Positions 25,719 through 38,800 of a stretch of DNA of 64,000 nucleotides are shown here, one piece after another. Numbering within the stretch: position 1 is the stretch's first letter; the number at the start of each line of letters is the position of its first letter. Source of the DNA: Ancylonema sp. (lineage: Eukaryota); NCBI GenBank assembly GCA_050230475.1, contig JBFLGF010000093.1:1-64000 (forward strand). Reading direction: 5' to 3'. A model generated the notes under the pieces. The model did no database searches and was not told where the DNA came from. It saw only the letters and a program-made list of their open reading frames with translations. Position numbers and translations under genes: made by a program.

Positions 25719-25963
25719 AGCTACGAAAGCTCTGCGTCGGAGGCTGGGACACACGGACAGATGATGTGCAACAAGGTTAGGATATATTATAGAATGCTGG
25801 GTTTCTTTGGAGTCTCTGTCTTGACGTAGGTTTTATGATAAGTAGTTAACACTCGTCTAGGTTGGTTAGGGAGTCCGAATTGCATTGGTTTGCAATAATA
25901 TGCATGATGAGTTTGGCCTGAGTCATAATGGAGTTCGACGTCATGCAAGGGTTTGGGGAATTT

Positions 25964-26260
25964 TTATGAAAGGAAGTTCGGGTTGTTGACAGGTGGTGAG
26001 GCATCGGTGACCAAAGCTAGGTTGATCTCGTCTGGGGATGCTCGCCAAGGTGTGCAACGTGAAGTTTCCTCATAAAGTGGTGGTGAGTGGAAAATCAAAT
26101 CGGGAATCTGTGACAAAAATTCGATGAGTTCTTTTTCGACTTGAAGTAGTTTGGTTGCATTTGCGGTGAGGGACTCTGATTGAGTGATGATTGGCTGAGA
26201 GGAAGGGTAAATTTTTGTAGAAGAAGTTGTGGATCGTGTTGAACTAGACTCGCTAGTAGA
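25964..26260 (-). CDS. Element X1 piece 4: C-terminal Ser/Thr-rich and helical tail
   Basis: Joins in frame to 35810 (..KTPSAST|SESSSTRST..) through TSD TCTAC. Confidence 0.65.
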   Translation of the reverse strand, partial: STSESSSTRSTTSSTKIYPSSQPIITQSESLTANATKLLQVEKELIEFLSQIPDLIFHSPPLYEETSRCTPWRASPDEINLALVTDASPPVNNPNFLS

Positions 26261-29200
26261 TATAAGCTTTTGAGTGATTAGACGTGCCGGAATAATTAGG
26301 TGGGCGACAGAACGAACCGTACGCAAAAGGATCTCTATCACTGATGATCAACGAGACACGAGTTGCGTGTGTGGTACGAATTATTATTGTGATTGCATCG
26401 GGGATGGTCATACCCGATGCGCTTTACAGATTCTTGTGTGCCGACGGTCGGCACAATTGACCGTCGGCCTATCATTGACTGAGACAGCTCTTCTACATGT
26501 CAACGGCACATGCCGGACCTTTCTGACACGACTAAACAAGCCAGTCACGACGCTTCAACAAATAACGTCTCTAAGCGTCGGAAACATGTCAGGTGCCCGG
26601 GCACACCCGGGCACAAACTTGCCCGGCCCCGCATACAGGCACATCTAGAATATTGCTCCCGGTTGGAGTAACCGGCTGGACTAGCACGCATAATATATGG
26701 CTATCCAAAATATTCTAACACACCCCCTCGGATGCCATATGCCTAAAGTTGGCATAGATGCAGTCATCAAAAAGAGTACCCAAGTCATTCCAAAACATGG
26801 CAGAACCATCACATAACATATAAAACAGTTTTGGTCTTCCCTAGGCATACAAGCGTGCTAGGGGATTCTATCGATAAATGCCAGCCGTTCGGAAACGATC
26901 GGAAGACGATCGGAAGCCGATCGGATCGGAGGAACTCCTCCAGAAGAACGATCGCTCCAGATCCTTAGTCGTTTTTCGGTTTTCGGGCCGAAGCCCTGCA
27001 CATACAAACAAATGCCACAAAGTTAGGCGAAAAACAAAAAAACTTATGAAGAAAATATTTTTGATTATATCTTAACTTTTTCAACTTCACGATTCTGAAA
27101 CTTCACACTTTCCAGTCAGAAAAATCTCAAAAACAACATAACTTCAAAATTACCCCAGTCTCCTATCAGCACCAACTTTTGACACAAGTGCAACAATGAT
27201 TAGGACATACATACGAAAATTCAGAACAAACTGACAAGTTTAAAGTTGAGCAGATTCACACTTTCTGATTTTAAAGTGTCCTTCAGCGATTTCAAGTGCC
27301 TTTTCAAGGTATTAAGGTGAAAGTGTGACTTAGCTGGAGGAGCTGAAGGTGGTGTACCCTCCCCATTACTTCTGCCTGAAAAGAAACATAACAACACACC
27401 CCCTGCCAACATGCATGGCATTCGAAACCTTCGATCATAAAAATAAAAGAAAACTACTGACACCCCCAGTTCAGTACCCCCAGTTCAGTATAACCAAACC
27501 TAGACTTTTGCTGTGTCTGTCCAGTAAACTTGGGGGTAGAGCTTTAGTTAGCATATCTGTCTGCTGGTTGATTTGCGCCTGCAAGATACACATGTTTCCC
27601 CGTGCTGTGGCATTCCCGTACCCAGTGATATACCACATTAAAATGTTTTGCTTTCTGTCTTTGCACAGGATTCTGGATCATGGAGAGAGCTGAGGGTTTT
27701 GAATCAGTGTGGATTGTGATTTGGTGTGGGAATTTGAGTTCTTTCAAGAGAGACTTCTAGATAACAGCATTTCTTTAGACACACTACAGGCAGCAATATA
27801 CTCAGCCTCAGCAGTGCTCTGTGCAACAGTTGACTGTTTCTGTACTTCCAACTCAGTGCTGTCCCCCCAACCGTGGTTACCCATCCCAGTGACCTTGACT
27901 TCCCCTGTCATGAACTGTTCCATGATGCATCGCAGTAACCCTTTACTTCAAATGTGTCTTTTCCCACAAACGTCAGTCCGTGGTTGACAGTGACAGTCCC
28001 TTTAAGTATCTGAATAGTTGATGTAATGCCCTTATGTGTGCGACCCCAGGATTTCCCATGTGTTTAGCCACAGTACCCCAAGTGCATACCATGTCCAGTC
28101 TGGTTTGTTTCATGGCATATATGAGTGATCCCACTTTCCCACGAAAGTCTGTTTCTGGTATTTCTTCAGGGGTAGGGGGAAGAGTTGGTTCATCATATTG
28201 TGTAAATTGAGTTCCGGGGGCGAGGGGGAGTTTGGTTGGATTACACTCATGCATCCCATAGCGTTCGAGCACTCCCCTTAAGAAACCTGACTGTCCCAGT
28301 GTGTCTTCTCTGTCTATCCCTCTTCACTTCCACCCCCCAGGAATATGGGTTAGGGGACCCAGATCCTTGACTTTTAACTTTTTACCCATATCTTCTTTAA
28401 AATTTTTGACGACCATTGCGTTAGGACCTGTGATCACCTTATCATCTACATGTATGCCCAGTATGATTCTGCTGTCTGCTTCCCCCCTCATATATATACA
28501 TTGTCCATTACGCATTGTGTAAACACTTCAGATATCATAAACTTTCTGAACATCTCTTGCCACACGTGGCTACTCTGCTTTAGACCGTATAAAGCCCCCT
28601 TAAGTCGTAAGACCTTTCCCTCAGCACCCCCATTGATATACATACGTGGTGGTATTTTCATGTAAACTTCTTCCTCCAGACGTCCATGGGAACGCTGTGA
28701 TTACGTCCATCTGTTCCAGTTCCCAGTCATATTGGTTTGCTATAGAGAGGAGTAGGGTGATAGATGTACTGTCGATTACTGGTGCAAATACTTCATTATA
28801 GTCAATACCCTCTTGTTGTAAGAACCCCTGTGCGACCAGTCTGACTTTATATCTTTCAATATCCCCCTGTGGTGTTGTTTTGACCTTAAACACATATCTG
28901 CACCCCACAGCCTTTTTACCTGGAGGAAGCACACACACCTCAAAGGTGTTGAACGTCTCCAGGGCGCAGCGAGCTCGTCCACAATGGCCCTGTCCCACTG
29001 GTCCCAGTCTGGCCATCATCGCATGGTTGAGGGTGAGTGGCTCGGAGGAAGTTCTGTTAGTTGCTGCACGCGTAGCCATCCACAGGACCGTTGAAGCCAG
29101 TGTAGAAACTGTTTTGGGCTCCCACTCAGTCGCTGAGTAGTTGGCGTGAGCTGCGTCATCAAACTCCTCCCCATCACATCACATGAGATCCCCATACGGC

Positions 29201-32200
29201 AAAGATTGGCTCGCCTTCTAGCCATCACCCGATCAGCTACGCTGCCAGGCTCCCCCACTTCTGGGTTCGCACCCCCTCCTTGCACCTCCTCCTCCCCCTG
29301 CATCTCCACCTCCTGCGTTGTTGATCCCTGACAGGCTGTCAGACAGCACAATCGTGGCGTTAGAGACCTCAGCAGCTTGTGGCTGGAAGTTGTCGTGCGG
29401 ATAGTCGTTGGCAGCTGCTGGCTCAGGGACTGCTGGTTCTGCTGGTGCTGGGATTGGTTGGAGAAATCGGTTGCAGAACTGCTGCTGCTGGCATGTTGGG
29501 GTGGACTGCTGCTGCTGGCACCACTGCTCTGCTGCTGCTGGCATGTTGGGGTGGACTGCTGCTGCTGGTACAACTGCTGCAGCTGGTTCATCTTCAGGGT
29601 CGGGGAAAAGGTAGAAAAAGTGTTTTTTCGCTGCCTCGTGAATCTGGGGAGCTCTCCCCCCCATCAGCTTCGGGTACCCCGGCACCTCCTCAAAGAACCT
29701 CACGTCCATGCGTCTATGGGGATCGAAAACATTGTAGCCTGCACTCCCCGCAGCCATCCCCAGAAACACACCAAAGCAAGTACGAGGGGCAAACTTGTCC
29801 CCTTGACTGTTCTTTTCCCCCCCAACCTTCAGATATTGAACCAGACAGAAATTATGACTTTTATTAACTTATTGACTGAACTGTCATGTTCTTTCCCTCC
29901 CAGACCTCAATTGGAATTTTCCCAGAAAGCGACTTAGTGGGTGTTCTGTTCCTTAACCAGTTTGCATGTAATAAAGCCACATCCTAATAAGACTTCGGTA
30001 GACCTGACCAGATAAATATGCATCGCATTTTTTCTGTCAATGTTCTATTCAGTCTTTCACAGATTCCGTTTTGTTCAGGACTATATGCTTCTGTGGTTTG
30101 CTTGTCAATAATACTCCCCCCACCGTAGTTTATCCAGTCCTGAGACATATACTCCCCTCCCTTATCTGTCCGAATAGACTGTAGGGGCAAACCTGACTAT
30201 ACCTCGAGCAATTGTATAGTGACTCTTGCTCGGTTCAGTGCTTCATCCTTTGTTTTTAACAAGCTGACAAATGACAGACGTGTGGATACCTCTATCCCTG
30301 TGTGAGCATATGTAAATCCTCCGTTAGCTGACTTGACAGACAGTGGTCCAATGAGATCCAGGTGAATGCGACCCATCTTGGGGCATGTCCCCAGATCCGC
30401 ACTGACCTTAGCATGACTGAGCTGAACCATCTTCCCCTGACAACAAACCTGACATCCCTGTACTTCAGTCAATTCCCCCTGACTTAACTCTGGGATGTCA
30501 CCACGTCGGGCGAAATCTGACATCACATCAGAACTGGGGTGACCCAGTTTGTGATGCCAGACCAGGCCTGTGGACAAATTTGCTGTAGTATCATGAGATC
30601 CAGGCATAACGATTGTGGCAGCAAGCAGAGTCAGATCACTAGGCTGCTGCAACACATCAGCCCATTTCACATTTCCCTTGTTTAATTCAGGACCCGTGGG
30701 CAGCTGTAGAAAGCTCAGCCCACCTCTTCTGACGAGGCACGATGTCGACACGAGGGTGCAGGCAAAGGTTGGGCCGTGGATCGAGCTGAGTGGCTGCACA
30801 AAGAAAGCGTCGCCATTCCTCACTCGGATGTGCACGAAACCAGTGCCCTCCACCTTGTGTGACGAGCCGTCAGCAGTGGTGATGAAGCCTGCTGCGGCTC
30901 AGGGTAGGTGTGTACTCCACAAAATGTTCACGTGCCGTGAATATGTGGTCAATAGCACCTGATCAGGATCAGGGAGTCTGAGTGAGGACCAGCAGACATT
31001 GCCGGGCTACATCGAACGAGAAAGCACCGAAAGCTAAATAATCCACATTAGCGTTGAAGGGTTTGTCAGCAAGCAGCAAGTCTAGCCCTCTGGGTTCATT
31101 AGAGCCATGTCAGATGTTCTTTTTCTGCAATGTTCAATTGTTTCTGCAATGTTCAATTGTGTGACCGACAAAGTTGCAATATCTGCACTTCTGCCTCCCC
31201 CCTGAACTTCCCTGAGTAGCGTGCGCAACATTTCCAGCTGTTGGTGATGGCGCAGGGCACTGAGAAGCTCGGTGGCCTGCCTGGTGGCACCTGTGACATT
31301 TCCAAGGCCCCGCATGGCCTCCGCCAGATGGGTGAAGGGCAGTAATTTGTGGCAACCGAAGCATTCGACGCCTGCAGCGTCTCTGCGACCAGCTCCAGTC
31401 GCACCACCAGATCTGCTGCTACCTCCAGCTCCATTCCCCCCCCCAGGTCCACCATAATGCGCTTGGTGTCCTCCGGGCAGCGCCCCCCTTTTTCGATCGT
31501 TCAGCTCTTTCCGCACGTCGTCGCGAAGCAGCGCACTCACGATGTGTGGAATCGTGAAGAGGTGTGGCGACGACTCGGACCATGGCATCAGCGTTGAAAC
31601 CATCGGACTGTAATGCGTGTTCAACGAATTCAGCACGTTGATCGCCTGCTTCGTCGGGATACTGGCGCCCCCAAATTCTTAAGGTCCTGAGTGCAGCTGC
31701 TGCAGACGCTTGACGTACACGTTGTGGAGGTCCTCTGCCTCCGTCTGAATGATAGCGCTTAGCAATGCCTCCGTATTTGCGATCTCGATCGCACCCGGCA
31801 CCTGGTAGAATGTCCGCAGGGCATCCCACATTCCGGCAGCTGTCGTGCAGTCCGTGACGTGCGTCAGCAGCTCCGATGGCCCCAGGTGCTTCACAATGTA
31901 CGACATAACAGCCAGATTATCCTCGTCCCATTTCTCCAGCTCTAGCAGCTGCTGGGAAATGCTGTCTGACAATACTTCGACATCCACGTCGATCCCCCTG
32001 GCGGCAAATTGCAGCTCGTTATCAGGTGTCAATGGAAGGATAACGTCTGGGCGACACTTTCGCGGCAAACTGTCCCAATTCATTACCAAACGGTGCAGTT
32101 TCTTGTCCGCCAGCCCATACTTGACCTTGAAGGCCCATCCTGTATAATCAGCTCCAGTAAATTGAGGGATTTGCGACCTATCCGACATTATGGCAGCTAT

Positions 32201-32937
32201 TGTGTAGGATTTTTACAAAATTTCTCGCTCAGCTCGAGTCTCAGTGCCAATTTCCTGCACTGCAGCACTCAGCTCAAAAACTTGGCAGCGCAATATATCA
32301 GCAGAATTACGTGCAGACCTTAACAACCCCGAATATATTTGCGCTCACTGGCAGAATATACCGTTCACAGAGATGATTACCGCAGCAGCGAAATCAATCG
32401 CGTGGAGCCTTTAGTTTTTAACCTACACGGCGTCTGAACTAGACCGCACGTGGGCCCATAACCTATCCTATAAGCTTTTGATTGAGTGATTAGACTTGCC
32501 GGAGGACGGATTATTTAGGTGGGCGACAAAAAACGAACCGTACGCAAAAGGATCTCTATCACTGATGATCAACGAGAGAGTCGTTGCGTGTGTGGTACGA
32601 ATTAATTATTGTGATTGCATCGGGGATGGTAATACCCGATGCGCTTTACAGATTGTTGCGTGCCGACGGTCGGCACAATTGACCGTCGGCCTATCTTGAC
32701 CGTCGGCCTATCATTGACTGACAGCTCTTCTACATGTCAACGGCACATGCCGGACATTTCTGACACGACTAACCTAGCCAGTCACGACGCTTCGCCCAAA
32801 TAACGTCTCTAAGCGTCGGATACATGTCAGGGGCCCGGGCACAAACTTGCCCGGCCCCGCATACAGGCACATCTAGAATATTGCTCCCGGTACTGGACTA
32901 GCAAGCATAACATATGGCTATCCAAAATATTCTAACA
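26261..32937 (-). mobile_element. Copia A2, full length, degenerate gag-pol (32188 to about 27500)
   Basis: 3' LTR 26261-26720; PPT 26721-26730; 5' LTR 32469-32937; PBS 32451-32463; all copia domains present. Confidence 0.95.
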
Positions 32938-35810
32938 AAGTTAACCCCCTAAATTCATGCTATTGGAAGACAACATCGATGACACAACAGTGGCACTACT
33001 TGCAGACATTGCTGCATCACCCGTTGCATCGATGCCACCACCTTCCACACCCGTTACCACCACACCATCGACAGACGGAGGTATACAACTGCCACCCATC
33101 GATGCTTCGCAAACCATGCCAGCACCAAGGTCCATGTACTTATTTGCTAACGTCAACGCAGGTTCGGTACCCCGGGACACGGGGCGTGCCAGATCTGAAG
33201 AGGGTTCACTGCGAGCACCCTTGTCAACCATAAACCCTGGAAAAGGACAACAGCAAAACCATCGACAGGAGCAGCTCAACCTTGATTTGCCGAACTTCAT
33301 GGATTTGGTCGACCACACCAACATCGATCGATATGTGGACACCATGCTTCAGTGGTTCAATCCAGACACCAGACTCACCCCAATCGAGCAACTCTACATT
33401 CTCATGACAAGTCCATTTCATGCACCTCACAACTTGACCCTGCCATCGATCGAGGCGATTCGAGCCAGGGCCAATTCGGATCGTTTGAAATAGGAACAAG
33501 AAGATAAGGACAAACTCACCATTGAACTTCGTGCATTACTCAAGAAAGAGTTGGAGGATGCAGCCATTGTTGAACGTGTACAACGGGTAGCCGATATTCT
33601 GCCTTTGGGAGAAGTCACCACAGCCAATGTCGACGACGCACTGTGGGCGATCAACCAAGTCAAAATTGATTCTTTCAACACACACCTGTAGCAGACTCAT
33701 GCCACCATCATCAGACGAGCTGCCGAATTAAAGGCGAAGGAGGAAGCAGAAGCAGCACGCGTGGCGGAAAAGAAGAAGGGAAAGGAGAAGGCCGACGACA
33801 TTGTGAAACCGGAACTTTTTGACTGTGACTCCGACGACAACCTTAAGAATGTTCCACCGGCGGAATATCAGCATCGTACCACACTCACCATTGGGGAGAG
33901 GACACCAATTTGGAGCCCGCGAGCGAAGTTGCAGCGTCCCATTCATAGACAAAGGACAATTCCCCTAGTCTCTATTCCGGCGGCACCGCAACCCACCCCG
34001 GTGTACCGGACCGTCCCCCTTCTTCCCTCAACATCGACGGCTCAACCCAAGGCGCAACCTTTAGTGCCCCCTCTCATCCCCATCCTTTCCCCACAGCACA
34101 ATGCAGCCCAATTCGCCCAAGACCATGCCGCAGTCAACGCCATGGCGACGGCTGCACAACGAACGACACCTGGCACTTCGTGACTACGACAACGTTCGTG
34201 ATCCTCGCGATGGGGAGGACATCGACAGGCGTCGTGCACGCTATCGCCAGAAGTTTGCATTTTGGAACCCCAGGGATCAGCACCTCAGTATCCCTGGCTA
34301 CCCCGACCTCATCACCCAACGGGTCTTGCCTGCCACATTTCCACCCCAACAGCTAGCCGAGGAAACCCGGAGGATCTACACACCCCGGAGTGTGAACGCC
34401 GTCGCCACCATACGCGAAGGGCAACTCACCATGGGTCAACGATTGCTGTGACAGGGCAACCACAAAATCATGCAGGATTACACCCTTTCCCCACCTCGAC
34501 TTCATTGGAACGGACGAAAATTTTAAATTACCAAATCCATGTCTGCCAGCATTGCACCCCTTCACCCATCCATCCTCGGCAAAGGCGTGCACATCTATGA
34601 ACCATTCGGAGGACCAGACATCAGCATTTCTACCTTTATTCGGAATGTGGCGACTTTGTGGGCACCTACACTACTCAGGTGGAGAGCAAAGCGGACGAGT
34701 AGGCGTTGTACTTCGCCCTGCAAAAAGCACAACGACAATTCCTTGGACAACTTCCCGACAGCGCGATCGCAGGATGCCGCAGTCGATTGGGAAGCAACAT
34801 CATCGAAGAAACCGCAAAACCTGCATTCAGGCGCCTCATCAACGAGCATGGTCAAATCGACATTGTGGGGGAGTATTGGAACAGGGAGACGGAGATTGCC
34901 TATAGTCCACTCAGGGGGGGCTTCGATCACCGCGTGTACCCTGTCCTGGCATTGATCAAAGTCCTGCAGAACCACTCGGACATCAAGGATCACCCTCCCC
35001 GTTGCATTCCATTCACCCACGGGTTTTTGGATTCACCACCGTGGGTAACTGAGATGTATCCCTTGGTAACCACCTTTTTGGGGCATCCAGCAGTCATCGA
35101 GGCCACCGCGGTAAACTCCAACAACCGTCGCTTAACCCTTGTGTGGCAAAACCACATGCCACCCAGACTCCCCGAGGCTTGCTTGCCTGCCGACACCCAA
35201 TGTTGCAAACTCAACGACCTGTTGGAACCCGGCCATCTACCAGCAACAGTAGTCAACAGTGACGTGCAACCGCCAATCGTGAACAGTGCTGGACAACCCC
35301 GACGTGCATTTCCACCCATCACACCCTACCAAGATGGCGTCGACTACAACGTGGATCCTGCCATAGGTCACTACGGCGAGGGCATGGTGTATGAACAACA
35401 ATCTGGCACCTATATCACACCCTCATCTTATGATCTGGAACGCGCCATGGGCTTCACCCCGGGAGCTACAGCCGGACCCGTGGGCATGATCCGCACCGCC
35501 GCTCAACGTCGCAGCACCCTTGGCCTCGCATTAGATCGCCACATCACCCATTGGCTGGCATCCATCATCATGGCCACCTACAACCCGTACGGCCAACGCC
35601 TCACCTCAACTATCAGGTATTCCCCACCATCCTCGTTGAGGCAAAGGGCCACCTACCCCAAAGTTCCTATGCATCCTGTCACCACCCCAGTGCATCGAAA
35701 CCAAAGAAAGAACATAAAAAGAAGAAATCATCGATTTCCTTCATTCCTCCACCATTGGCAACCCCACCACCTGTTAATGATGAAATCTGGAAAACACCAA
35801 GTGCATCTAC
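32938..35810 (+). mobile_element. Element X1 piece 3 (inverted segment): Pro/Thr-rich and charged helical regions plus DNMT-like domain
   Basis: Mostly open + frame with few stops or shifts; its ends carry TSDs swapped between A2 and A3. Confidence 0.75.
34539..35583 (+). pseudogene. C5-cytosine DNA methyltransferase-like domain, catalytic motifs degenerate
   Basis: Motif I-like GVHIYEPFGG; IV position DIVGEYWNRE; VI position PPRCIPFTHG; VIII-like NRRLTLVWQN; IX/X ERAMGFTPGATA..QRRSTLGLALD..WL; one frameshift near 34645 and a TAG at 34700. Confidence 0.75.
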
Positions 35811-38800
35811 TGTTAGAATATTTTGGATAGCCATATGTTATGCGTGCTAGTCCAGTTGTGACCGGTTACTCTAACCGGGAGCAATATTCTAGATGTGCCT
35901 GTAGTCGGGGCCGGGCAAGTTTGTGCCCGGGCACCTGACATGTTTCCGACGCTTAGAGACGTTATTTGGTTGAAGCGTAGTGACTGGCTTGTTTAGTCGT
36001 GTCAGAAATGTCCGGCATGTGCCGTTGACATGTAGAAGAGCTGTCAGTCAATGATAGGCCGACGGTCAATTGTGCCGACCGTCGGCACACAACAATCTGT
36101 AAAGCGCATCGGGTATTACCATCCCCGATGCAATCACAATAATAATTAATTCGATCCACACACGCAACTCCTGTCTCGTTGATCCTCAGTGAAAGAGATC
36201 CTTTTGCGTACGGTTCGTTTTGTCGCCCACCTAATTATTCCGGCAAGTCCACTCAAAAGCTTATAGGTTATGGGCCCACGTGCGGTCTAGTTAAGACGCC
36301 GTGTTGGTTAAAAACTAAAGGCTCCACGCGATTTCGCTGCGGTAATCTCTGTGAACGGTATATTCTGCCAAGCGCAAATATACTCGTAGTTGTAAGGTCT
36401 GCACGTAATTCTGATATTGCGCTGCAAGTTTTTGAGCTGAGTGCTGCAGTGCAGGAATTGCACTGAGAGAGAACTCGAGCTGAGCGAGAAATTTTGTAAA
36501 AGTCCTACACAATAGCTGCCATAATGTCGGATAGGTCGAAAATCCCTCAAATTACTGGAGCTGATTATACAGGATGGGCCTTCAAGGTCAAGGGCTGGCG
36601 GACAAGAAACTGCACCGTTTGGTAATGGATTGGGACAGTTTGGCCGTTTGCCGCGAAAGTGTCGCCCTGATAACGAGCTGCAATTTGCCGCCAGGTTAGC
36701 TGCAATTCGCCGCCAGGGGGATCGACGTGGATGTCGAAGTGTTGGTCAGACAGCAGCAGATTTCCCAGCAGCTGCTGGAGCTGGAGAAATGGGACGAGGA
36801 TAATCTGATCTGGCTGCTCTGTCGTATATTGTGAAGCACCTGGGGCCTTCGGAGCTGACGCACGTCACGGACTGCACGACAGCTGCCGGAATGTGGGATG
36901 CCCTGCGGACAGTAGGTGCAGGGTGCGATCGAGATCGCAAATACGGAAGCACTGCTGAGCGCGATCATTCAGACGGAGGCAGAGGACCTCAACGTGTACG
37001 TGAAGCGTCTGCAGCAGCTGCATCAGGACCTTAAGAATCTGGGGGCGCCAGTATCTCCGACAAAGCAGGCGATCAACCTGCTGAATTCGTTAAACAACAC
37101 GCATTACACTCCAATGGTCTCAACGCTGATGCCATGGTCCGAGTCGTCGCCACACCTCTTCACGATTCCACACATCGTGAGTGCGCTTCGCGACGACGAG
37201 CGGAAAGAGCTGAACGATCGAAAAAGGGGGGCGCTGCCCGGAGGACACCAAGCGCATTATGGTGGACCTGGGGGGGGAAACGGAGCTGGAGGCAGCAGCA
37301 GATCTGGTGGTGCGACTGGAGCTGGTCGCAGAGACGCTGCAGGCGTCGAATGCTTCGGCTGCCACAAATTCAAATTCGGGCACATCAGAGCGAATTCACC
37401 AGCATCTGGCGGAGGCCATGCGGGGCCATGGAAATGTCACAGGTGCCACCAGGCAGGCCACCGAGCTGCTCAGTGCCCTTGCGCCATCACCAGCAGCTGG
37501 AAATGTTGCGCACGCTACTCAGGGAAGTCAGGGGGGAGGCAGAAGTGCAGATGCAACATTGTAGGGCACACAATTGAACATTGTAGAAAAAGAACATCTG
37601 ACATGGCTCTAATGAACACCCAGAAGCTGCTAGGAGGGCTGATGCACAAGCTAGACTTGCTCGCTTTGCTGACAAACCCTTCAACGCTAATGTGGATTTA
37701 GCTTTCGGTGCTTCTTTCTCGTTCGCGTTCGATGTTGCCCGGGCAATGTCTGCTGGTCCTCACTCAGACTCCCTGATCTCAGGTGCTACATACCACATTT
37801 TCACGGCACGTGAACATTTTGTGGAGTACACACCTACCCTGAGCACTGCTGACGGCTCGTCACACAAGGTGGAGGGCACTGGTTTCGTGCACATCCGAGT
37901 GAGGAATGGCGACGCTTTCTTTGTGCAGCCACTTTGCTCGATCAACGTCCCAACCTTTGCCTGCACCCTCGTGTCGACATCGTGCCTCGTCAGAAGAGGT
38001 GGGCTGAGCTTTCAACAGCTGCCCACGGGTCCTGAATTAAACAAGGGAAATGTGAAATGGGCTGATGTGTGCAGCAGCCTAGTGGTCTGACTTGCTCGCT
38101 GCCACAATCGTCATGCCTGGATCTCATGATACTACAGCAAATTTGTCCACAGGCATGGTCTGGCATCACAAACTGGGTCACCCCAGTTCTGATGTATGTC
38201 AGATTTCGCCAGACGTGGTGACATCCCAGAGTTAAGTCAGGGAGAATTAACTGAAGTAAAGGGATGTCAGGTTTGTTGTCAGGGGAAGATGGATTCAACT
38301 CAGTCATGCTAAGGTCAGTCCGGATCTGGGGACATGCCCCAAGATGGGTCGCATCCCACCCTGGATCTCATTGGACCACTGTCTGTCAGGTCAGGTAACG
38401 GAGGATTTACATATGCTCAGACAGGGATAGAGGTATCCACACGTCTGTCATTTGTCAGCTTGTTAAAAACAAAGGATGAAGCACTGAACCGAGCAAAAGT
38501 CACTATACAATTGCTCGAGGTCCAGTCAGGTCTGCCCCTACAGTCTATACGGACAGACAAGGGAGGGGAGTATGTGTCTCAGGACTGGATAAACTACTGT
38601 GGGGGGAAGGGTATTGACAAGCAAACCACAGAAGCATATAGTCCTGAACAAAACGGAATCTGTGAAAGACTGAATAGAACATTGACAGAAAAAATGCGAT
38701 GCATCTTAATCTGGTCAGGTCTACCGAAGTCTTATTGGGATGTGGCATTGTTGTTATTACATGCAAATTGGTTGAGGAACAGAACACCCACTAAGTCACT

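Noticed and set aside
29377..29937. Cys/Trp-rich and poly-Gln ORFs (also near 21716, 39018, 50920)
   Set aside because: Alternative-frame or antisense readings of the CAG-rich IN-RT linker.
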